A stretch of DNA of 53,786 nucleotides, the filler included, from Catajapyx aquilonaris (lineage: Eukaryota), in assembly GCA_000934665.2 (NCBI GenBank). It is 2 parts of 2 records of this genome, joined end to end, with 100 filler letters (N's around TTAATTAATTAA, not from the genome) between each part and the next. Parts side by side here need not be neighbours in the genome. Positions count along the whole stretch, not along the records: positions 26,958 to 53,786 come from KZ539292.1; 1 more part is not named here. One strand, written 5' to 3'. Positions 42,674 through 53,786 of this stretch are shown one piece after another. Positions within the stretch are counted from its first letter, which is position 1. Every line of letters starts with the position of its first letter. The notes beneath the pieces are model-generated. The model was not told the DNA's origin, made no database searches, and saw only the letters and a program-made list of their open reading frames with translations. The position numbers and the translations under genes are program-made.

Positions 42674-43159
42674 TTATGTATGAATTCTCATGTGAAGGTT
42701 CAACCTCCATATTTCAGAAAATTTCTTGTGGCACACCTCGCAAGTACCTGATGGATGAATTCGCATAATGTGACCTCTCAAAGCACTTTGCGTTGCAAAT
42801 TTTTTCGGGCACACCTCACAAGTAAATGGTTTTTCTCCTGTGTGAATGTGCATATGAGTTTTCAAACCAAATGAATCACGAAATTTTTTCTGGCACACCC
42901 CACAAGTGAATGGGTGGTATCCATCATGAAAGAGCATGTGAGTTTTCAAGGTACTTGGAGATTTAAATTTTTGCTGACAAATGTGGCAGCAATTTCTACC
43001 TCTATGAGTAATCACGTGACTATTGAAATCATCCTGAGTGCTAAATATGTTCTGGCATGTTCTGCACGTAAATTGATTTTTTCCATCGCATCTGCCCCTG
43101 TCCCTGTCCTCTTGGATCCCATTTGCCGCTTCTCCGTCTTCAGTTCTCACTTGCACGAC
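42674..43159 (-). CDS. C2H2 zinc-finger gene A, last coding exon (5 fingers)
   Basis: Acceptor TTTCCAG at 43160-43161 (phase 0); five CxxC...H...H fingers with an HTGEKPF linker; TAA at 42674. Confidence 0.85.
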   Translation of the reverse strand, partial: VVQVRTEDGEAANGIQEDRDRGRCDGKNQFTCRTCQNIFSTQDDFNSHVITHRGRNCCHICQQKFKSPSTLKTHMLFHDGYHPFTCGVCQKKFRDSFGLKTHMHIHTGEKPFTCEVCPKKFATQSALRGHIMRIHPSGTCEVCHKKFSEIWRLNLHMRIHT

Positions 43160-44010
43160 CTGGAAATTGAAGTACAGTACATAAGTTTAGATTCTGGGGT
43201 GTGGAAAGCATATCGTACCAGTAAAAACCTAACAAGAGCAAAGACATTCCCTCCAGTGAAAAGTAAGTGAAAAGTAAGATGAAAATTCCACCCATTGATT
43301 TTCCATGAGCCACTCCGCATAAGTGTGTTTCCTGAAATTAGGGACTTCAGTATGAAGCACAGTGAATTTCTATACGATTGGTGCGAATTTATGACCATGA
43401 AACATTCATGCAGATTCAGACACGGATTTTAACTGTAATGTGTAATTTTTCACATGTAGAAGTAAATTTCTGAATTTTAGGGGGTCTCTTTTGATTGGAT
43501 TCTGCATTTTCAGGAGAGAAATTTCCAAGTCTGTGAGGATGGGTTCAGTTCCTCCCCCGCCCCCCCATTTTTCTCGCCCAATTTATGACCGCCTAGGCGC
43601 CTATGGAAGAAGTTAAATAACAATTAGGATTCGAATCATGTAGCATAGTAATTAACCACTTTGTCAGCACTTCCTATCAATTGGTGTCCTTATGTGCGCC
43701 TGCCTTGTTTCAGTCCTTTCATTCCACCACGGAGGTCTTACTATCCTTTTTTTTTTTTCACTGAAGAGAAACTTTTTGCTCATATTTCAGTTCTTTTTTA
43801 ACCCAGGCTTTGCTAGGACAAGATACTTTACAAATAATGACACCTATAGTGCTATAGGTATCATATTTACATATTCATGCTCTTAGGTCCACACTATGAA
43901 TGTGTGGGAGATGATTTTCCTCGTCTAGAAGTCCCTAAAATAATAATCATAAAATAATATCGACGTTAAAATACGAAATTCGAGTGCTACCAGCCAACTG
44001 TCAGTCTGAC

Positions 44011-46441
44011 TTAAGGTGGATATGAAGCTACCTCCCTAGTCAATTCAGTGTCTAGAACAAAAACGTTAATTAGAGCAGTTAAATTCGGGGAAACACATGC
44101 ATCTAATGCAGTAGTGGATGCCGAAGAATAATATGCATTCCATTTTAAAATCCACGATAAACTCGATTTGTTACAGGGCAAAACCTAATTCACTTGCAAC
44201 ACATTGTCAACCTACTGGAATGTACACGCCTGAATTTTTAGTTTGCCATAGGCAGCATATTTAGGATCAAAGGCGACGGTAGTGGGTGACAGTTACGAGG
44301 CTCTACAATGTCGTGTTACATCCATTACATAATACACATTATCTTCGGAAAGGGAGGGGGATAAGTATAGGCTTTAATTTACGGTAAGTTGGTAGACCGG
44401 TTGGGAAATAGAAGTGGAAACGCAGCTCTCGCCCCAAGATGGCGCGTTCCAAGTGCACGATGCTCGACATTTTCTGGCTAGGTTGAAATATACATTTGTG
44501 CTCTTAGCGACGCCCTTGTTTTCGTCGCTTAGAATTCCCTAAAATTATTTTCACAGAGATAGTCGTAAAAAAAACGAAAGTCGAGAGGTGCTACCAGCCA
44601 ACGGTTAGTCTGATTTAATTATTATGAAATAGCCTATACGCTAAAATATGCGGAATATATATACATTGAGAACTGTACCAGACGAATTTGCTGAAATCAT
44701 GGTACTTTGCAAGAATTCAATCAATACTTATCTGCGGCTTGCCTCCGTCACATCTGAAAACTCCCAACCGTAGTTAATTTCCGTGAAATGCGACGATTTC
44801 AGCAAATCAGTTCGTCTGGCACGTTACAATAAAATAAGCAAGTACATGTCAGCAAAACCTGCGTAACGAACGGACAGTATGTCTGTGTATATGCCCAGGA
44901 CATGTATCTTTTCCAATTCCCAGCCCCGCGGAAACCAAAACTAGACAACTGTCACCAATGTCACTTACATTATTCGGGGCAACCCTTCAATTATCTACAT
45001 TGAGAACCATACCCGACGAATTTACTTGAATCCGGATACAACAAACTTCAAGAGACTGCGGAAAAGGTCTGTTATAAACGAGGTCTGTTATAGCCGAATC
45101 GTCACGCAACGTAAACATAAATTTCTGCTTTCAATGTGGCTGTACTATGCACTACTAGACTACATACCGATTAATGAAATCTGTCACAAATGCAATATTG
45201 ATGGCTCACCCGAAAATTATGCAGGACCAAAATATCCGAAATTTCCTTCTGCCGTCTCCTTTTTGCAAATTTTATACCTGGAAAACAATATTTTCCCACC
45301 GAGGGTCCAAGAAATGGTCTGTTATACCCGAGGTGAGGTGAAAATGAGTCTGTTACATCAGGAGTGAAAATACACAGTGACTAATGGAAGCATGCCGGGA
45401 CAGCCTTTATAACCAAGCATGTTATAGCCGAGGCTGTTATATCCGGATTCAACTGTAAATCTGTAATACGTGCAATGAGTTCACACCAGCGGCAGGGTAA
45501 CATTTGGCTAATAACAATATGGTGAGGTGGTAAATAAGTATTGACGTTTCTAGGTGATGGCGTCATGAGCAAATGAAGTAATGACGAGAAAAAATAAGAG
45601 GTAAAAAAATCACAGCTCCAATCCTGTAGCAGTGGGAACTGTGAGATTTTGAACATAGATCCGCACCATCCCACTGCACCTTTGGCCCCTTGACGATGAA
45701 ACCGTATTCCGAATAGTTATTGAGCAAGAAAATGGAAACGTATTTTTTGGTGGTTTTAAATTTTTTTGCGGCGTTTTGAAGAGGAATGAAGTAAAAGTGT
45801 AAATGGTAGGAAATCAAGTCACGACGGTGGGGATCTGCGTTCAAAATTTGGAAGCTCTACCTACAGCAGAACTTGAGTTAGGGCGAATAAAAAAAATGTA
45901 ACAAGAACAAGAACAAGAAGTAGGAAAAATTCATTGTTGAAACATTGTTGAAATCTATGCTACGGTCTTACTTAAGGGCTATCGCCCTTAAAATTACAGT
46001 GTAGTTTTATCTAAGAACCCTGGTGTGATCACATATTTCAAATTCGGACACTGCGCGCCATTTCGTAGGAAGACTGCCATGTTGCCACTTCCTCGCGTGC
46101 CTCAGGCTAACCCCGCGCCCTTTTTCTTTTTTCCACGATAACAATTTAAATCATTCGGTTTGATATGTTTTTCTTGCGTTCTTTGTAATTACTATATTAT
46201 TCTTCACATTTCACATATATTATTTTCAAACTGTCAAATTGTGAAGATGCTTTAAAATAAAGTTTTAATTTACCATTGGAGCTTATGGACAGTCTGCACA
46301 TTCTGAGCCATTTTGCGAGCGTATTTGCCCGGTTAGGGGTGATTTTTTTTCCACCATTGGGAAGAGGGCTTCTTACTCTATAAACCATGTGAATTTCAAA
46401 ACGATGTCAAAATGTGAACCTTAGCTTCATATCCACCTTAA
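44011..46441. mobile_element. TTAA-flanked GGTGGA element holding the inverted copy of the 4218-6342 block
   Basis: TTAAGGTGGATATGAAGCTA and TAGCTTCATATCCACCTTAA. Confidence 0.7.
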
Positions 46442-47229
46442 TTTCGAAATAACATACGTTAAAATATACGGAATATCTACCTTGAGAACTGTGCCAGACG
46501 AATTTGCTGAAATCGGGGTACTTTGTGAGAATTAAATTAATACTTATCTGTGGCTTGCCTCTGTCACATCCGAAAACTCCCAAACTTATTTAATTGTCAG
46601 GTAATTTCAGCAAATTCGTCTGGGACGGTTCTCCAGGTCGATATTCTGCATACTGTTAACATATTTCACAATTAAATCAGCTAAGCAGTTGGTGGTGGTA
46701 CCCGAATTTCGAGTATTTACAGTGATCTTATGAAAAGTTTATTTAGGGTCTTCTAGACGAGGAAAATGGTTTCTGTCACATAGAGAGCACTAATGTGTAA
46801 GTATAGCTGTTATTATTATTATTATTTTGTAAAAATATCGTCCTTATCTTCATAGTATGTGTAAGCGAAAATCTAGGCGATGGCAATGTAGCGAAGGGGT
46901 TAATGGTACACTTGAATCCGGATGTAACAGACTTCCAGAGACCCCGGAAAAACGTCTGTTATAACCAAGGTCTGCTGTAGCCATGTCGCCACTTTTGCAA
47001 CGAAAACAAAGGTTTCTGCCTTACATATGCTTATAATTCCCACTACTACACATATAAATGATTAACGAAATTCATCAAATATGCAATACTAGCGCACCCG
47101 GAAATTATCCGCAGGACCAAAACATCTGAAATGTTTTTCTGCTGTCTCCTTTTTGCACATTTTATACTTGAAAAACTATATTTTCCCACCGAGGGGCCAG
47201 GAAATAATGGTCTGTTATACCTGAGGTGA

Positions 47230-47780
47230 GCCTGCGCTGGCCTGCAACTCCTGGTCATTGTCAAACCTCTTATTGGCATGCCATTTCTTCGAGTACATGG
47301 ACAGGTGGTAAATGCTGGGCTCTAAATCCACACAATATTCTCCCCTGAATTGTTGTGACAGGGTTTCATTGTGAAAGGCAGTGTGCGGGCCGGCATTGTC
47401 GCGCAACAAAAACCCTTCGGAATTCAACATAACATAACGTTTCTTTTGAGCATGTCTGACAGTAAACCTTTGGGCTGAACATCTTGAATTCCAAATTGTT
47501 TGTCTTGTGCGACAATGCCCACCCACACACTGCATTTCACAATGAAACCATGCCGCAGGCAACAATTCAACGGATTCGATCGCCCTCCTTGGAGCAGGGC
47601 TGTCCATGGACACGAAGAAATGGCATGCCAATCAGAGGTTTGAACATGACGAGGAGTTGCAGTCCAGCGGAGGGATGGCTGGGAGCAAACTCCTGTGACG
47701 CACGCACGCAAAATCTTGTGTAACTCTATGGCAAATCCCGTCATTTGGCTGGAAACTACCGTGAAAAAAAGTATACAGTT
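47230..47780. pseudogene. Two mariner transposase C-terminal fragments in opposite orientation
   Basis: Minus strand LLRDNAGPHTA...DLEPSIYHL...KRFDNDQEL; plus strand LCDNAHPHTA...QRFEHDEEL. Confidence 0.7.
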
Positions 47781-47851
47781 GAACCTTTCAGATGCGCATG
47801 TTATTAATTCTGGGGGGGGGGGGGGGGGGGNGCGCCTCGTATGGTACATAC

Positions 47852-48151
47852 CTCAGTATTCCTTCCAGTGCTTCCAGAACCTCCTGCCAAAGGGTCGTCT
47901 TCCACTTTGTTCTCCCTAGACGTGTCCACCACCATCTCCTCCTCCTCCTCCTCCTCCGCTTCCTCCTTCTTGACCTCGAGGAGAGTGTCTTCCACGAGCG
48001 TAGTGGAATCGTTGTCCAACCATGGCGGGGTCTCCTCCTCCTCCTCCTCCTCCTCCTCCTTCACCCTCAGCCTCCAAGTCTCCTCATCCACTGCGATGTC
48101 CTCCTCCTCCTTCACTTCCTCCTCCTCCTTTATCTTCAGGATCAAAGACAT
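47852..48151 (-). CDS. C2H2 zinc-finger gene A, first coding exon (acidic, 100 codons)
   Basis: Acceptor TTTGCAG at 48156-48157, GCCATG at 48151, donor GAG|GTATGT (phase 0) matching the finger exon, giving 261 aa; upstream untranslated exon with donor CCG|GTGAGT at 48312/48311. Confidence 0.75.
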
Positions 48152-48320
48152 GGCCCTGCAAACACAAAGAGTGGAGGTCATGCATATAGTCACGTCAAGT
48201 GCTGCATCCCCAGTCATGAGTTCTCCGAGGCTGTGTGCGAAGGGGCAAAGGGAAGCGGACACGAGGCAAGAAGCACCCAATAACCCACGACCAGCCGGAG
48301 AAACAACTCACCGGGCTCTT

Positions 48321-48321
<1 letters not shown>

Positions 48322-48355
<34 letters not shown>

Positions 48356-48390
48356 CAACGCGTGGAAACGACAACAACAACAACAACAAC
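48322..48390. repeat. (GA)n and (CAA)n microsatellites in the 5' UTR region
   Basis: Directly visible. Confidence 0.9.
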
Positions 48391-49283
48391 GATGCTCAGG
48401 CGGCCATCTTTCTTTTCCTTTCTTTTTTTTATGCGAATGAGGGTGCGTTCCTGTCGCCACACACCGGAGAGTGGAAGGACGGCCTTATGCGCTACTATTG
48501 TCTCTCTCAACAATCGCCGCTACTAGGTGAATCACTGCTACTCCCTCCTAAACGCTACTCACTTCTCTCTGTCTGCTGAACGAGTGGCAATGCTGGCTAC
48601 CCCCCCTTCCTCTGACTGGAATTAATGTTTTTGTGCTCATTACTTTCATGAATCAACATTTTGCTATGTACATTTTTGCACAACAAAAAAAGTAGTTGCG
48701 GGCATTGCCCCCGCAGCATTTTCTTGTGTCACAATATGTGCTGGTCTTTGGGACAAGATGTTGGGTTGTCAAGTTCCCTGCTCATGGAAATAAATAACCC
48801 GCGCATATCATACCTGGTGATCTTCCTAGCTTTGCGCACTGTGCAGAACACAGGTTATTATCATCGATGATCAAAAGACGGTAGGGCTGACATACACTGA
48901 CATTAAAGCAGCAGCAGCATAATATTGACTTACAACTTTTTCGATCAATAATAATCATTTCTTGCAAACTACAGGGAATACTCTTGAAACATTTCAAGGT
49001 GGTTTTGGTGGAAGTAGCTCAAAGAAGTGTATATTTCCTGTAATTATTATTATTTGCATAAAGTCGGTTTCGCAGTGAAAATGGGGGCGAAGCTTCCACC
49101 TGCTTTTCGTCATTGGAACATTTGGAAGTCACACTACTATATAAAATCTCCAGCAAAAAGTTGTCGGGTAAAGATAACCCGCGATGTAGCCTACCAGTAT
49201 CTGCTTGAGACGTTGGCGTAATAAAATACTAACAACAGAACTGTCAGAACAAGGTCATAGAGGACAATTTTTTGAAAGATATT

Positions 49284-50264
49284 TGTGAGAAAGTGACAAA
49301 TTGTCTCCATGATTCTAACTGTAAGAGAGAAAAGGTTCAAGACTTACTTCATGATTACCCTGACAGAAAACCAACTTGTATATTGGCAGTTTCTCTCCAG
49401 TAATATTGCTTATTTGAATAAAAGTCGTGCAGACATGGCTCAACAAATACATATGTACTTGCATATTCTTGCGTGGGATAATAGTGTAATGTCCATGTTG
49501 TATTATTCAATTATTTCATTCTTGTTTGTTCATTTGTTGTTATGTGATTATTCAATTGTTTCATTCTTGTTGTTTCGTTCTTGTTGTGTGATGTTCATTT
49601 GTTTGTTGTTGTTGTCATGTCTTGTTCATTTGTTTTCTTAGTTGTTGATGTTGTTTTTTGTAAACAAAGTTGAACTATAAAAGGAGGTGTCTTGAGCCAC
49701 GGGCTCAGTCCGAGTCAGTCAGTAGCCAGCCTCTGGAGAGGTAACACCTCCAGAGAAGGCACTGACCGGCTTTGCCGTGTTCAGGACCCGATCATACCAA
49801 AGACCATTGTTGTATTACTCTTTCATACTTTTCAGGATTACTCAGTAATTAGGGACAGGTGTCATATCTAGGCCAGCAGGTATCTGCGTCGCTTAGATAT
49901 ACACCAACCAGGCATTTGTTATATCAGGGCCAGCAGAATACTGCGTCGCCCAGATATACAAATCCCCCACTTGAGACTGTCCAGTCATGTGTTATGGATG
50001 GGCCAGCAGGCATCTGTGTCGCTCATACATACACTGATTAGGTGAAGCATATCAGGGCCAGCAGGCATCTGCATCGCTCAGATATGTTAACCTGGCAGTC
50101 GTGGTCCGTACACTGATCCTGGCAACAATGTAGTAAGTGCTTCCCTCACACTAACCAGTCAGCAGGTTAGCGGAAGCCCGGATTGGGGCAGGTGTACCAA
50201 TAACACAACACTCATTGGTCACCTTAGTTTTTACCTATGCGTGTACCCAAAACCTGGCGTCACA
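49284..50264 (+). mobile_element. Candidate solo LTR
   Basis: TGTGA...TCACA ends, TATAAAA at 49676, TCAGT about 29 nt later, four ~40-bp internal repeats; TSD not clean. Confidence 0.4.
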
Positions 50265-50991
50265 ATAGCAATAATAGTGTAAGATATGTTTGAGCCAAAT
50301 CAACAAAAAGATGAAAAGGCTAACAATCGGATTTCATTTGGGCTAATGCTCCTCTGGAACTTGCAACTGATGTGCACTACAAGATTACTGACAAATAAAT
50401 ATTAGCAATTAGGGATTCATAATTCCCTAGTTACCAAAGGATGGGTGATCCAAGTTGAGCAGAGCAGGGAAGAATATATTAGTGAAATCACTGTGTACTT
50501 AGTGAAATTACTGTGCATTAAAGGAACCATTCGCCAGTATTGTATGCACCCTATCACGAAAGTGAGAGTAAGTCGAATATGTCATTTAAAAGAAAACACC
50601 ACACTATGCGACAAATTTCTCCTTTAAAAATGCATGGAACGTTGTACACAACACTGGCGTTTGTAACAGGATGAATAATAATAGATTATCGCAATTACTA
50701 TGATTGACATTGAATTGTCTGAAGCCATTTTTTTTAAATATACCCCGTGATAGGGCCATAGGCCCTTATAGGGGGGTGGAATACCACCATTTTTCCTTCA
50801 ATTTTCTGTTTTTTCTTCTAACTCCGGTGCAAGGATGAAAGGACATGGGGTAAGGATAGGGATTTTTGGGGAGGGAACATAGGTGCAAGTGCAATGTCGA
50901 CAATGCCGATGAAGCCAATTTGATGTGGTCTGTTGTTGCTTATATTGCCGTCTGTGCATTCGCATATTTTTATTTCATATTGCTTCCCAGA

Positions 50992-51583
50992 TTATACTTC
51001 TCCAGTATGAATTCGCATGTGCTTTTTCAATCTACCTGATTCACGAAATTTTTCCTGGCAGACCTCACATGTATATGGTTTTTCTCCTGTATGGATTCGA
51101 ATGTGACTTTTCAATGTACCTGATTGACGAAATGTTTTCTGGCACACCTCACAAGTAAATGGCTTTTCTTCTGTGTGAATGTGCATATGAGTTTTCAATG
51201 TAGCCGATTTACTAAATTTTTTCTGGCACGCCTCACAAGTGAATGGTTTGTCTCCTGTATGAATTCGCATGTGCTTTTTCAATGTACTTGAACCATAAAA
51301 ATTTTTCTGGCACACCTGACAAACAAATGGTTTTTCTCCTGTATGAATTTGCATGCGAGTTTTTAAATTACATGCATCGCGAAATTTTTTCTGCCACACC
51401 CCACAAGTAAATGGTTTTTCTCCTGTATGAATTCGCATGTGAGTTGTGAAATCACTTTGCCATACAAACTCTTTCTGGCACACATCACTAGTGAATGGTT
51501 TTTCACCTGTATGAATTCGCATGTGAGTTGTCAAAGCACTTGGATAAGTAAATTTTTTCTGACAAATCTGGCAGCAATTTCTA
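50992..51583 (-). pseudogene. C2H2 zinc-finger paralog B (7 fingers, 2 broken), 5'-truncated
   Basis: RNCCQICQKKF start parallels gene A RNCCHICQQKF; finger 2 has C>S, finger 3 has C>W and H>R; similarity stops beside a foldback element. Confidence 0.7.
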
Positions 51584-51597
51584 TCAATAAAGTCTAT

Positions 51598-52425
51598 ATT
51601 ATCACAAAAAACAATTCCCTACGGAATTGTAAAAAAAAGGAAAGTAAGATCCAAGTAACGGATAGAAATTACTGAAACAAGACTGGGCTGCGTAAGATCT
51701 TCAACCTTATGGATAAATGTAACCCAGAGATCTTACTTCCGCATTAATTAGATTTGTTATCATGGTGATGATCAAAGCGTCTTTGTCCATCAGCCATCCT
51801 AATGCTAATCAGCCAATCTGTGGACCATTAAACATTCAAGCTACTCAGTAAATCGATGAACAAATTAATTAATTCAAGGATTATATTTATCCTTTATCCT
51901 TATTAAATATATTATATTGTATTACATATTATATTACATATTGTATATTTTATTGTATATTATATTATATTACATATTATATATTATATTATGTTATATA
52001 TTATATTACATATTATACATATTATTATACATATTATTATTACATATTATAATGTGAAACATTTAACCTTCCAGCCACTCAGCTAATCGATGAACCAATT
52101 AATAACATTTTTTTATTTTTATCGTTTATTCTTATTATCATATTATTATTTTATTATTATATTATATTATTATTATAAGCATAAAATAATCCCAAATTGC
52201 ACAACTATACCTTGATGAACATTGAACAATGACGCTTTGATGATCACCATGATACAAATCTAATTATTATTGTGTAAAATGCGGAAGTAAGATCTCTGGG
52301 TTACATTTATCCATAAGGTTGAAGATCTTACGCAGCCCAGTCTTGTTTCAGTCATTTCTATCCGTTACTTGGATCTTGCTTTCCTTTTTTTAACAATTCC
52401 GTAGGGAATTGTTTTTTGTGATAAT
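51598..52425. mobile_element. Foldback element with ~190-bp TIRs and an AT-rich core
   Basis: 51598-51790 pairs with 52230-52425 almost perfectly over the outer 145 bp. Confidence 0.85.
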
Positions 52426-52486
52426 TGCAGCTATTTTTTGACAAAGCAACCTGAACATGCAGTTATACTCATAGGATGGTATAGAG

Positions 52487-52788
52487 CGGAGGTTCCCAAA
52501 CTTTTTGAGTCGCGGAGCACTTTTCAGCAGAGATATTTGTGACGGAGCACTAACGTCATCGACGGCGTAAGCATAAAAAAATTCTGAGGGGGGGAGGGGG
52601 GCGCCAAATTAGTAAATGGGAAGGGGAGGGACAAAAGGGCGCCGCAGGCGAAAAAATTCGGGTTCACGGTCACGGCAGCTACTGAGAGATTTAAATGGGT
52701 ATATAGCTTATTGAAGAATTCCTTTTCTCCCCACCCTCCTCGTGGAGCACTTGGAGAAGCTTCGTGGAGCACAGTTTTGGAAACTCTG
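52487..52788. mobile_element. hAT-family MITE
   Basis: 8-bp TSD GTATAGAG (52479-52486 and 52789-52796); CGGAGGTTCCCAAAC and GTTTTGGAAACTCTG termini. Confidence 0.85.
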
Positions 52789-52796
52789 GTATAGAG

Positions 52797-53410
52797 AGAG
52801 GAGCGGATACTTACATCTTATAGGCAACGGATTCCTTAGAGTGAACTGCTGGGCCCATGGCCCCGCCCCCAAACAGACCTCTATATTATTGTCTCTATTG
52901 TATTATATGTATTTCGCCTGGCAACCTTACTGTGACCCACGGTTACAGCGACCCCATTGGTTCGCCCGGGGGGGCGTGTCTGTTCACTCTAAGAAGTCCG
53001 TAGCCTTTATCATCTTATCATCTTATTATAATATTTTCTTGGTCGGTTTTATTAAGGTTCGTACACAGTTGAGAGGAGTGGAGATAGAGAGTTTATAGAG
53101 ATGTTGAGGTGGCAGGCAGGATTGTCAGGAAGTGTTGAGAGTCTCAACGACTTTTGTCATATAAGTTCTGGACCTAGAAAAGGCATGGTGGGAATTGTCC
53201 TGGTACAGAGAGAGGAGCGGATCCTTACCTCTTGGGCGTCGGAAAGATTTTTTTGGAAGGGTTCGTACACAGTTGAGAGGAGAGAAATGATTTCTGATTA
53301 GTTTTATCTTGTGAAAGATGGCTGCTTATAGTTGGTTGCTTGGGTACTTTCTTTCCGACCAAATTTCATTATCACAAGTCCCTTCTTCATGACATCTGTC
53401 TAAGTTCTCA
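52797..53410 (-). mobile_element. Possible decayed LINE fragment with an internal duplication
   Basis: GAGAGAGGAGCGGAT.CTTAC and GGTTCGTACACAGTTGAGAGGAG each occur twice; minus-strand KSLRLSTLPDNPACH weakly recalls post-RT LINE sequence. Confidence 0.3.
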
Positions 53411-53786
53411 AATGTATGAGGTGGTTAGAAGTGATTATTCGCTACCCGGCTGTACCCAGGACCCACCACAAGGAGGTGGTCGCGTTGTTCGGGTCCTATA
53501 CCCATGCCCACTCAATCACTTTCCCATGTGGACACAAGTCTCCTCAAAATACTACTCTAGTATTGCAGGGACAAGAAATAAGATCACGGCCTCTCTCATC
53601 ATACTGGTACATGATGGTGAGAGAAAGGGAAGAAAGTCGGTTATTGGGAGTGAGAATAACACTAAAGTCATATATCATACGGGCGTCGTATGCCTATGTG
53701 GTAAGTGGTTGCCGTTCGAATCAGCGGGAGGAGAAAGGGGGCAACACCAAAGTCTTATACTGGTTGGGCTACGTATACCGGCAAGG

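Noticed and set aside
51535..51583. Suspected frameshift before the paralog B ORF
   Set aside because: Recount shows CAG AAA AAA TTT in frame; the ORF track simply starts at a TTG
51895..52050. AT-rich low-complexity tract
   Set aside because: Simple (ATATT)n-like expansion inside a foldback element

Overview
Repeat-dense eukaryotic window, probably arthropod (judged from repeat and zinc-finger style; the species cannot be read from the sequence), with assembly gaps at 26838-26957 and 27402-27551. Host genes, all on the minus strand: (1) a KANSL2/NSL2-like gene with 7 phase-consistent coding exons from about 26573 to 2787; (2) a two-coding-exon gene with an acidic N-terminus and five C2H2 fingers (48151-47852 joined to 43159-42674); (3) a degenerate zinc-finger paralog at 50992-51583. 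A duplicate of the zinc-finger gene promoter and acidic exon (27756-28197) lies directly upstream of KANSL2 and could splice into it in frame. The centre holds a very young full-length Ty3/Gypsy LTR retrotransposon (29306-39034): GTGC TSD, tRNA-Ser-like PBS, intact gag and pol joined by a G GGA AAC -1 frameshift site, and a SINE inserted in the 5' LTR. It has no env, but in the env position there is a 127-aa ORF with an N-terminal hydrophobic segment and polybasic tract; this is the most promising novelty (possible FAST-like fusogen, probably from a spliced RNA). The rest is nested MITEs, SINEs, Tc1/mariner and Helitron remnants and foldback structures. All calls are by eye with no database search.
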